A stretch of 64,000 nucleotides of DNA, taken from positions 14,322,001-14,386,000 of the forward strand of contig JBHGNT010000003.1 in NCBI GenBank assembly GCA_043228905.1, given 5' to 3'. The number at the start of each line of letters is the position of its first letter. Positions within the stretch are counted from its first letter, which is position 1. The translations under genes were made by a program, and so were the position numbers. This document shows, in pieces, positions 22,038-32,700 of this stretch. The stretch comes from Azolla caroliniana. Its lineage: Eukaryota > Plantae > Polypodiophyta. Below the pieces are notes generated by a model, which saw only the letters and a list, made by a program, of their open reading frames with translations, searched no databases and was not told the DNA's origin.

Positions 22038-22409
22038 TGTTGTATGTATGGCTGGACTAGCCGCAACACAGGTGTCTATCCGACACTTCTCCAAAGGGGT
22101 GGTAGGGATAGGATGTTAATACACGCGTATGATAATTACACTTAAGCACAGACGAAGACAAGATTAATCAGCATAAGCAAAAACTATATTAATTCTTCGC
22201 TCCTTCATTACAAAACATCGGATCCTTTTATAGGCATCCGGCCAGATTACAATCGGTGCTCGGTAGGCAACCGTTAACCGAAACCGAATCGGTTCGGATC
22301 CGGATCGGTTACAACTACCGGATCCGTCCCTCCTAATAATTCTATTCCTATTTCTATATTTATCCGATCCGACCTTGCTTTCCCATTTGCCTTCTCTGAC
22401 CGGCCAACA
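22038..22409 (-). repeat. 5' LTR of the young gypsy
   Basis: Identical by eye to 6772-7143. Confidence 0.97.
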
Positions 22410-22953
22410 TGATTCAGCTCAGGGAAACCCCAACTTGAAGGATTCACAGATTCGGATATGTCGGTTGATGCTGATACCAACCGGTCTACATCCGGATATG
22501 TCATGACTTATGCAGGGGGAGTTGTATCGTGGTAGTCGAGGCTATAGAAGTTCATTGCACTATCGACAATGGGAGCGGAGTACATGGCGGTTATATAAGC
22601 TAGTAAGGAGGTAATCTGGATGAAGGTCTTCATTGGAGAGCTAGGGAACCAGCAGGAGGAATTTCGGCTTTACTACGATAGTCAAAGTGCCATCCACCTC
22701 ACGAAGAACACAACCTACCATTCCCGGACCAAGCATATCTAGATGACATATTACTGGCTCTTGGAGAAGGTAGAAGATAAAGAGTTCTTGTTGACGAAGA
22801 TCCACATGAAGGAGAATGGGTCAGACATGCTGACCAAGGTTTTGTCAACCGACAAGCTCGACGTATGCCGAAGACGGATCAGATTAACAAGACATCCCAT
22901 TCCGGAGTGAAGGGGGATCTTGTTGGGAATTCGGTCCCTCCGGATGGGATCCG

Positions 22954-23480
22954 TGTTACCGTACGGGATGTACAGGAGATGTAGAGTGTGATGAGTGAGG
23001 GTGGAATGATATAATGTTGTTAATGTGTATGTGTAGATGGGCACTAGCGTAATTTTGAGTGTAAGTAGATACGTATAAAAACACATGCACATGTGTATGC
23101 ATGTGGACGGATACGAGGAGGTGTGAGTGAGTGATTAGTATGAATGGACAAGGGGGCTTACACCCCTATGTATCTACCCCCTCTTGTAACTATTTAACCC
23201 CTTATGGGGAATGAATGAAACATGAAGGAATATTTCTCTCTCAATCTCTTTCTCTTGTCATCTCTCTCTTGCTCTCTCTCTCCCTTACATTGAACCCTCT
23301 TGGGAGGGGGGTGGAGCCATTCTAGGCACCACACCCCACCCCTCAATGTTTCTCAATGTTTTTCAACATCTTCATGATCTCTCTCACCATCATACTCTCC
23401 ATCATTCTCACTATTACACCATTACCATTCATCCTCATCCTCTACCCTAACCCTAAAACCTACACCACTTTTTGGCCTAC
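22954..23480. mobile_element. Unassigned LTR-like insertion truncating the copia A 3' LTR
   Basis: Begins TGTTAC exactly where copia LTR similarity stops; TATA-like ctatttaa and CT-rich tract follow. No second copy or clear end seen. Confidence 0.35.
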
Positions 23481-23679
23481 AATTACTTTTTGCTTGTATC
23501 GGTCTTCCATCTTTGTCACCATTTCGGTTGTCATCCGGTTGTCGGTGTCTTGCGTCGCCGCCATCTAGATGTCGTCGTTGTCTCTGGCTCTGCAACCGTC
23601 TCTGTGCGGCCACTATCTGACTACTGCTTGGCCCGTTGTTTGGTCGTTTGTCGTCAGGCATCATCATCGTCCTGTCGGC

Positions 23680-24000
23680 CCTGTATGCTTGAGTATTCGC
23701 CGAAGAACTTTGTCAGCGTCTCTGGGGAAGGATTCTCGATGGAGAAGAGCCCTCCCTCTAGTAGACCGATGAGGGCTCGGATAGCGTCCTCCATGATTTC
23801 TTCAAGGTTGGTTTTCTACGCGACCTTTTCCGGTTTTTCATGAGGAGGTGCTTCGACTACACAGAGGAAACCCTCCAGTCCGTTCTGGGTTAACCACTTC
23901 TTTTCCGTTTCAGAGAGTGCCATTGGTGCAAGGTCGTTGTCGGTTTTGCTTGTACTAGGGAGCTTTGGTGCGCTTGTGCTTTCTGTTTGCGCGGGTTTGA
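23680..24000 (-). pseudogene. N-terminal fragment of the gypsy extra ORF, inverted relative to the adjacent integrase
   Basis: From ATG 23923: MALSETEKKWLTQNGLEGFLCVVEAPPHEKPEKVA*KTNLEEIMEDAIRALIGLLEGGLFSIENPSPETLTKFFGEYS, homologous to MALSDGARQWLTENGLGG. Confidence 0.85.
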
Positions 24001-24002
24001 TA

Positions 24003-27000
24003 ACTTGTATCCTACGGGAAGCTCATTGTGGAGTGGCAGGAGGCCACTATGCCGGAGACGCAACGACAAGGAAAATATGGAGAAGCGGATTGTGGTGGCC
24101 CACAATAGTAAAAGACGCCATCGGGTATGCAAGGGAATGCGACCTCTATCAAAGAATGGGCCAGCCAATGGAGAAAGCAAGGATGCCGCATTAGCCGGTG
24201 TTACCATTGGATCCCTTCCAAAAATGGGGATTGGATTTTGTCAGGCCATTCAAACTACCAGTGATGAGAACCAGCAACCGGTATATTATTGTTGCAATGG
24301 ATTATTGCACGAAGTGGGTGGAAACAAAAGCACTCAGAGATAATATCGTGACATCAACAGCGAAATTTCTATATGAGCACATTTGGTGCCGTTACGGATG
24401 TCCGATCGAGCTAATTAGCGATCAGGGTGGACACTTCCTCAGACAAGTGGTGGATAGCTTAACAACATTCTACGCAGTGGTGCACAAGCATAGTACACCA
24501 TACTACTCGCAGGCCAATAGGTTAGCAAAGTCCACCAACAAGATACTTCAGAATATTGTACAGAAGATTATCAATGAAAACCGGACCGATTGGGACACGA
24601 AGCTATAGAGCGCACCATGGGCAAACCGAACAACATATAAGACAAGTATCTAGACAACACCGTTCCGGTTAGCTTTTGGATTGGATGCGGTAATGCCTAT
24701 GGAATTTTAGAATCCGAGTTTGCGAATACAGGTCTGGGAGAGGTTGAGCAAGAAAGAATCGGAAAAACTCCAGTTGTTAACATTGTGCGAATTGGAGGAG
24801 CACTAGATAGTTTTTGTACTCCGGTTGGAGCTTGAACAAAGACGATAGAAAATATTTGTCGACCGGCACCTGAAGGGGAATGAAAAGTTGTTCGGGATTG
24901 GCAAGGCGGTACTAGTATTCTAGACCCAGATGTGCAAGATGCCGGGAAAACTACGGTTTTGGTGGACCGGACCATACTAGATAACGCGAGAATTCAAGGG
25001 GTCCTATCAATTAGGAACGTTGGCCGGTGAAATCCTAGAGAAGTGGGTAAACGGTTTCCGACTGAAACCTTATCACGGATTGATGCCAGAAATCCGTTCA
25101 AGCAACTGGATGACAGAGTGGAAACCGGGCGCGATAACCAGATATCTGGTAACCAAGAAGCACTTAAACTGGATCCGGCATTGCCAGTTACTACGGAAAT
25201 ATGATAGCACTTCTCCGTACTACAAAAAAAAAGATGAGCGGACACTTTGAAACGGCATGACGATAGCCATTTAAAGCGCATCACACGGCGTACAACCTTA
25301 TTATGGTACATGACATGCATGCGCGGGAATCAAGAAAAGGCAGCAAAATGGGGATACAAAACATTCGCATCGCAAAAGCGTTTTCATTTCGTGAGAATAG
25401 AGCAAACAGAGAGGAGAAGCAGAAAATAGAAGAGAACCTGCAAAAGACTCAGGTAGCCAATGACTGGTTAAAAGAGGAAAAAGACAAACTACTGCAAGAG
25501 AAATACAAGCTCCGCTGGATGGCAGAAGGAGAGATTGAACGGCTGAAAGAAGAGCTCCGACGATAGAAAGACAGAGAAGACCGAACAAGAAGTTAAATCA
25601 ATCGGAGGTTAAATCAGAAGACCGAGGACTTTGAAAGACTGCACCGGGATCACAAGCACTTGGATGTAGAGCACAAGAAGTTGATGGTGGAATGTGACCG
25701 GTAGTAGGAGAAAATTAGAGAACTCTAGAATGAGGTAACCATGAAAACGGATGCGTTGGCAGAAGAACGAACTAAGGCGGTTGAGTCGGCAAAGCTGCTA
25801 GAGGAAGTGGCAAGGGAAAGGACGGTGCTCACCCGACAACACTATGAAGAGGTGGAACGAGCAAAAATGGCTTTGAATAGGGTTTAGACAACTTATCATA
25901 CTCAATTGTTGGAATATGGGGTGCAAGCACAGGCAACCGCCGGCCTGATAAAGAAGTTAAAGGAGGAAAAGCAGGTCGTGGATGACAAATCCAAGATGGG
26001 GCTCAACCAGATCTGTGACATTGTGCTAGCATGGAAAGCAAGGACAAAGAGAATGATTGATGAAAGCTCAGTGCAATGGTGGTCAAAATGGGAACAACAT
26101 GCAGCGGAATTACAGACTCTACGAGCGGATGATGAGAACCGGAGAAAGGACGGTGACAACTTCTATAAGATGGATGCAGAGAGTATTGTAACCATCCGGG
26201 AAGAGTTGTCGAATGATTTTTTGTCCCTAGCAGGAGAACAACTGGTGGCTGTAAGACGGCTTGTAGAACAGTTAGAGGATGACCAACTCGGAACTCAACT
26301 CCAATTCGAGCGATTCGAACGGGAGCGTAGACAGCATGAGGCATCACGAAGGACGATGGCGATCAACATATGTGATGGAGAGCAATCTCTGGAGCAGCCA
26401 CCGAATGCAGCCAGAGCTAGAGGAATGCAGCCGGATGAAGCCAAAATGGATCAACCGGGAGAGACTGTACCGGAACAACCAACAGAAGTCAAACGGGAGC
26501 AACCGGAGGCAGAAAGAGTGAAGTTGAGAGCATATGAAGCTGGAGAAGACGCAACTGCCGAAGCAGGAAGGCAACAACAACTGCAGCAACAAGAGCAAGA
26601 GCAACCACATCGGCCACAGTAGGAGGAGGAGTAGCAGCAGCTAGAGCAAGAGCGGCGAAGCGAGGAACCCCTCGAACCTCATGACCAGAGCATTCTGGAT
26701 ATACTTGATGAAGAATAGTGGAGCTAACCCATGGGTTTGACGTACAATGTACTGTCCCAGGGGCGTGCCATGTGTTGGCCATTGGCGGCCAAGTATGGAA
26801 GGAGGAAGAGGTGAACGGGTTCCTAGATATATAATTAAATAACTAAAGATTATGTTAGGGAAGGATGGATCCGGAAGAGGTATGCCGATTCGGATCTGGA
26901 TCGATTCATAGCCGGTTGCTGGTTAGGCACCGTTTTGTAGCACAGACCGAATGCTTATAAAAGGATCCAGATATCATTGTATGAAGGACGGAACATTAAT

Positions 27001-27105
27001 ATAAGAGCATGTTATTATTTTCTATGATCTTTATTCCGTCATGTGGTTAATGTATTGATCTTACGTGTGTAACACTGTGTGTTGTGAATCGGATAGTTCA
27101 TTGTG
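24003..27105 (+). mobile_element. Degenerate relative of the dual-PBS gypsy: integrase, extra-ORF C-terminus, tRNA-like end, truncated 3' LTR from 26773
   Basis: ILREAHCGVAGGHYAG, PFQKWGLDFV, LQTLRADDENRRKDGDNFYKMD; gtcccaggggcgtgcca-tg-TGTTGG at 26754-26778. Confidence 0.9.
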
Positions 27106-28664
27106 TATCCAGATGTGGACCGGTTGGTATCTGCATCAGCCGACATGTCTGAATCAGTAAAAGCCTTCTAGTATGGGTTTACCTAAGCCGAATCGAAGAT
27201 ACATGCTCGAGGTGCCTCTTAGGTACCGAAGTATCCATTTGATTGTCGTCCAATGTTCCTTACTAAGGTTGCTCATGAATCGGTTGACAACTCTGAATGC
27301 GTATCCAATGTCCGGCGTACAAGCTACTACATACCATTGCATACATTAGGCGTCCGACTGATGAGGCATAGGGGACCTTCATCCTCTCAGCTTTCTCTGA
27401 CTTCATCTTCAAACATTGGTCTTTGCTTAGCCTATAGTTTGTCAACAGTTTCTAATCGACTGGTTGAATTTTGCATGTTGAACCTCTGGAGCACTTTTGT
27501 CACGTATTTCTCTTGGGACAACCATAATAGCTTCTTTGTTTGATCCCAAACAATGTGCATACCCAGAATCTGCTTTGCCGGACCCATGTCCTTCATCGAG
27601 AATGACCTACTCAAGGCCTTCTTCAAACTTCCGATTTTCTTCGGGTCCTGTCCGACAATTAGCATGTCGTCAACATACAACAGGAGAATGAGAAAGTCTC
27701 CCCCATAATATTTCTTTACAAAGACACAATGATCGGCTTGTGTCTTGTTGGAACCGTGATCCATCATGACACATTCGAATTTTCGGTACCATTGCCGAGG
27801 TGCTTGTTTCAGCCCATAAAGGCTCTTTCTCAATCAGCATACCAAGTTTTCTTTACCTTTCTCCTCGAATCCTTTTGGCTGCTGCATGTAGATCTCTTCC
27901 TCTAGAACTCCATGTAGAAAGGCAGTCTTGACATCTAACTGCTCTACTTCCAAGTCCATGCTGGCTATTATGCTCAACACCGTTTGTATCGACGTCAGCT
28001 TTACAACCGGCGCAAATATTTCGTCAAAATCGACACCCTTCTTCTGTTGAAAGCCTTTTGCAACAATTCAGGCTTTATATTTAGGTGGATTCCTGCCATC
28101 TCCCGGTTTCAGCTTGTATACGCACTTATTCCGAAATACTCTCTTTCCTTTCGGCAACTCGATCAATCATATGTGTGGTTCTCATGCAATGGATCCATCT
28201 CGTACTCAACCATTCTCGCTTGTGGGTATCATTCTTAGCTTCCTCGAAGCTTTCTAGCTCCCCCTCATCAGTTATCAACACATGCTCATTATCTGGAAAT
28301 CTTTGGGGGGGCCTTTTTTCTCTCAGGGGATATAGAGTCTGCCTCCATTCGGCATAGTCAGTTCTTCTTCGACTTATTCGGCCAAGTCGGATTTGGCTCT
28401 TTGATCAGCTGGTTCCCCTTGTTCCTCAATTGGCTCTGGATTTTGCCAATTATCGTTTCGGTTGACTGGTTCGTATTCGATTTTGGTCGATTCGCCCGAT
28501 CATCAACTCGGCTAGAATTGGTACCTAAAGATCTATTTTTGATCCCAATCGGCTATCGTCTTTTCTTCCGTGAAGAGGATATCTTGGTTCCTAATCACCT
28601 TCTTGTCGATTAGATCCCATAGCCGATTGCCGAATTCATCATCATAGCTGAGAAATAGACACGG
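27106..28664 (-). mobile_element. Degenerate Tork-like copia IN/RT/RNase H fragment
   Basis: [30 protein letters not shown]; same family as 14149-19606. Confidence 0.9.
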
Positions 28665-29230
28665 TGTTAATCCTGGGCTAGACTTAGCCACAAACATAGG
28701 GGGTGTCCATACTGGAACACTTCTCCAAAGGTGTGGTTTGGATATGGATGTCAACCGGTGTTTATCTGATTCCGATCTGACTATTTCCGGATACCTTCCA
28801 GATTACTTAATATGCAATTGATTACTTCTAACACGCGTAAGATGAGTAATTACGCATAGAACGACAAGTACACCAAGACACAATAGAATTAAGAACAAAC
28901 GCTAATCTTGTATTACTTCTGTTAATCATTTACATCGATTCCAGATCCTTTTATAGGCATCTGGTAGGGATTACAAAACGATGCCTTACCGGCTACCGAC
29001 TATCAATTGATGTGGATCCGGATCAATACAACTATCTGGATCCGTCTGTTCCTATAATGTTACTTAACTAATAATTATGCTACAACTTATATTATTATAC
29101 TCTGACTCGTCCCCGTCCATATTACTCATCTGGAACATACTCTAGTCCAACACATGGCACTCCCGTGGATAGTGTGGATATTATTGCACTTTGATGTACA
29201 ATGCTCCATCGTCAACAACATTCGGCGTTG
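28665..29230 (-). mobile_element. 3' LTR (28665-29152) and short internal stub of another dual-PBS gypsy relative
   Basis: TGTT...AACA; shares acacttctccaaag, acacgcgta and gatccttttataggcatc blocks with 6772-7143; followed by ca-TGGCACTCCCGTGGA. Confidence 0.85.
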
Positions 29231-29255
29231 TTTTCAAACCATTACCAATCTGAAC

Positions 29256-29256
29256 A

Positions 29257-29291
<35 letters not shown>

Positions 29292-29519
29292 TTCCGTCTT
29301 GCAACAATCAACTACTACCCACGATTACTACACCTACCAAACCCTAAACTCTTAACATTCATTCAGTCGTGTGTGCTCAAATATGTGTATGTACATACAT
29401 ACATATACATATACGTTATACGTATACGTATACGTATATTTTTGGTTGTCCCTCTCCCCTTCCCCTTAAAGGAAAGAAGGCCTTTCCTTTCCTTAATTTC
29501 GGTAGATTCACACAAACAA

Positions 29520-29554
<35 letters not shown>

Positions 29555-29690
29555 GAAGCAGACGCTTTGTTTTACAGTGAGTGTGAGTGTGAGTGTTTGG
29601 AGCAGAGCTTCCCGCTGCCATAGCCCGTGAGTGTGCAGAGGCGGGGGCAGGAGGAGGTAAGACACAGTGAGTGAGTGAGTGAGTGGCATC
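29256..29690 (+). promoter_or_regulatory. RFC3 promoter/5' UTR with CT/CA/GTGA microsatellites, telo-box and E2F-like site
   Basis: AAACCCTAA at 29339-29347; cttcccgc near 29608-29615 (imperfect E2F consensus). Both motif types are known from plant replication-gene promoters; function here is inference. Confidence 0.4.
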
Positions 29691-29705
29691 ATATCATATC
29701 ATATC

Positions 29706-32700
29706 ATGTTGTGGGTAGACAAGTACCGGCCTCACTCGCTGGACAAGATGATGGTGCACGTCCAGGAAGCTCTGCACCTCAAGAGCCTCGTATGGACTTT
29801 ATTTTCATCTCATTCTCATTGTTTCCCTTCCCTTCCCTTCCCTTCCCTTCCCTTCTCGTCTGATTGATTTAACTGTAATGGTTGTTGTTCTTCCGCTGCC
29901 TGCAGGTGGGTCAGGGTGATTGCCCCCACCTCCTCTTCTATGGTCCCTCCGGAGCAGGAAAGAAGACCCTTATCATGGCGTTGCTTCGAGAGATGTATGG
30001 TGCCGGCGTTGAGAAGGTATCCTCCACTTTCTTCTGCTTCTAGGTGGCTACAACTTATATTAGTTCTTTTCGTTGACTGTGGATTCTCAGATCTCTTTGT
30101 TTATTCCATCAGATCAAAGTGGAGAACAAGCCCTGGAAAATAGAGGTATGGTTGCTATCCTTTCATGTATCTTTTTCTTCTCTTGCAGCAAGTACGTGCC
30201 TTCGAGACTAACAAAAAAGATAACATTAGATTTAATTGTTTGACTTCAGTTTATAGCTCTGAAAACTTCATTGCATTCATCAGCATTGCGAGGGTGCAAT
30301 ATGGCATGTTAATAAGAATATAAAACCGAGTAGTAATAATGAAAGAACTTGTAGAAAAAGCGATGCTTTGATCTGGAATATTTTTTTATAGTAGTAGTGG
30401 TTGTAGAAAAAGCCATGTTTTGATCTGGAATAGGTTTGTATTGCAGGCTGGGGCACGTAAAATCGAGGTGGAGCTGACCACAATCTCCAGTAACTACCAT
30501 GTGGAGCTCAATCCTAGTGACGCTGGGTTTCAAGATAGATATGTTGTGCAAGAGATCATCAAAGAAATGGCCAAGAGTAGGCCTCTAGATATTTCTGGAA
30601 ACAAAGGATTTAAAGGTTAGCAACAAATTCTCTTTAATTATTATGATACTGTCATTTTTTCGTGTTTCGATAAAAATTAGATGATGAGTGGTCCAACGAG
30701 CATATGATAATCGATCATTTCATTATCAAATAAACAGATGCATAGTGTTTTTTTACATGCATTTACTTGTCCAAATGAAAGCTTGTGAATGTCCCTCTGT
30801 GGATATCTTCGAATAACAAAATCCTACAAGCTTTTCTTATATACACAAAGATCATACCCTTCTGAATGTTGTTGTATTTTGCACTCCTTACTTATTGACA
30901 TTCTTTGCAAGAAACTATGCCCACACCTAGCTATCGGCCTGGTTTCGGCTCAAACCGAACTGAACCCTTTACCTGTCGTTTAACGGTTTATCGATTCCAA
31001 AATAATTCCTAAAGCTTTGCAGTTAATTATTTTTCGAGCTCAATTAGAATCAAACTTTAATAATACAAATCATTAAACCGAAAATAATTTTAAAGAACTT
31101 TTTGAAATATAGTGGTTCGTACTAAAGATTTTATAGAATTTAGGGGGCTATTTTCTGGATCTTGGGTAGACCCATTTTGAGCTTCATTCTCATGGAAACC
31201 TATAAATAAATCATGCCTATATTCAAAATTTCATCTCTGTGAGCAAGGTTAAGTTTGCATTCACAAAGGCAATATCGTTGGCTTCAGGGTTCCCCGTTTA
31301 TTCCTTCTCTTTGACTGAGGCTGTCTATAAAAGTACTCCAAAATCTCTTTTCCAGCTCTTTAATATATGCTAATTTTTTGATCCCATCAGTAGAGGTTTT
31401 TACAACAATTAGCATCACTTCCTCTTTTTGTTTTTAAATTTTCTCTTCCTCTCTTCTGATTGCTGGGGACTCATTTTGCCACTCTCTTTCTTATTATAAG
31501 TTACCATGGACATATTACAACCACACATTAACACAATATCTCTCTGTCTCTATCTCTGGTTGCAACTTACGTTTCTCCACTCTCTCTTTCTTGTTGCATC
31601 TTAGTTTCTCCACTCTCTTTCATATTGCAACTTACTTTTCTGTTTTCCTTATTTCTTGTTATAACTTGTCACACATATTATTAATTTGTTTTAAAACATA
31701 CAATCTGATATTCTCTCTCTCTCTTTCCATTCTGGATCGACCTATGCTAGAGATCTTTCAAAGACAAAAGTTACAATATATCTAACTTGAGAATGTCACA
31801 TGTGCTGAAACAGATTCCCTCGTCTGTTTTTATCTTATTTACTTTTATATTTACTGAGTAATACCTATTTTATTTGGTTTGTTGTTCTCAAAGACGAGAC
31901 AGCACCTAAGATGTAATCTCTTATTTGGTCTTATAGGCCATTTTGGCCTCTTAAAAGACGTTAATATATCATTCATTCTTTCTCTCTCTCTCTCTCTCTC
32001 TCACCCTTGTTTGGCCTCTTAAGATGTCAACGTATATTTTTCTCTTTTTTCCGTGAATTATAAATGAGTTAAGACTATCTATGAATTGTCTCATAATGAT
32101 TTGTTCCTCGTAAAGAATACAAGTTGATCGAAATTCAGATGATCATTGGAATTTAGCTTGAAAACCTTATTACCCTGTTTTCAGCTGTGGTTCACATTCA
32201 TAGATGTCATGAGATCAATCTTCCTGATGGTAGTGAGCATTAATCTAGGTAATTTTTGATGATTCACATGAAAGATAATGGTGTAAAATTTCAACATTCT
32301 TCTAAATGTATGGGATAGTTTATGAATTATGTCGAACTATTTTTCTGTGGATGAAATACAGAAGAATAGGAAATCCTTCATAAATAGAAGGTACCACTAA
32401 AAAGCTCAAAACTCTTAAGAATTAAAATGGTTTTATATGCGCTAACGCTGCATTCATGGGTAGTAGCTATTCGTCTTTTTAGCAAACATAAAATCATTCT
32501 CATTACTAATTAGGGATCTTTTCCCATTTCCATGGATAAACATATTTATTAGCAATAATTGCACACGTGCATCAAAATCAAAATGCATACAGTATTTAAT
32601 GTTTGAGTTTCCTTCAGCTACACCTGTTGCCATATTTTTGCAGGATTCTATGATCTCTGTACTTGCATCAAAATCAAAATGCTTACAGTATTTAATGTTT

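Larger units (their letters stand above)
6772..22409 (-). mobile_element. Young full-length non-chromoviral Ty3/gypsy (Athila/Phygy/Selgy-like) with 3' extra ORF and primer sites at both ends
   Basis: LTRs 6772-7143 and 22038-22409 (372 bp, identical by eye, TG..CA). TSD TGATT at 6767-6771 and 22410-22414. Gag-PR-RT-RH-IN on the minus strand, no chromodomain, Athila-like DEFPDAELF linker. TATA (cctataaaagg) on the minus strand of the LTR. Confidence 0.97.
2857..22953 (+). mobile_element. Older Tork/Tnt1-like copia (copia A), split by the gypsy insertion at 6772-22409
   Basis: 5' LTR ~2857-3310, then a mutated Met PBS (tgatatcagagc). Gag-PR-IN-RT fragments 3350-6771 with many stops. RNase H resumes seamlessly at 22415. 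PPT gaaggggga at ~22909-22917; 3' LTR starts 22921 and is cut at 22954. The two LTR starts match only moderately, so it may be recombinant. Confidence 0.85.

Noticed and set aside
29154-29692. ORFs across the RFC3 upstream region
   Set aside because: They are translations of microsatellites (HTHT, CVCV).
30349-30432. 32-bp duplication in RFC3 intron 3 as a possible alternative acceptor
   Set aside because: The duplicated part does not include the functional TTGCAG acceptor at 30441-30446.
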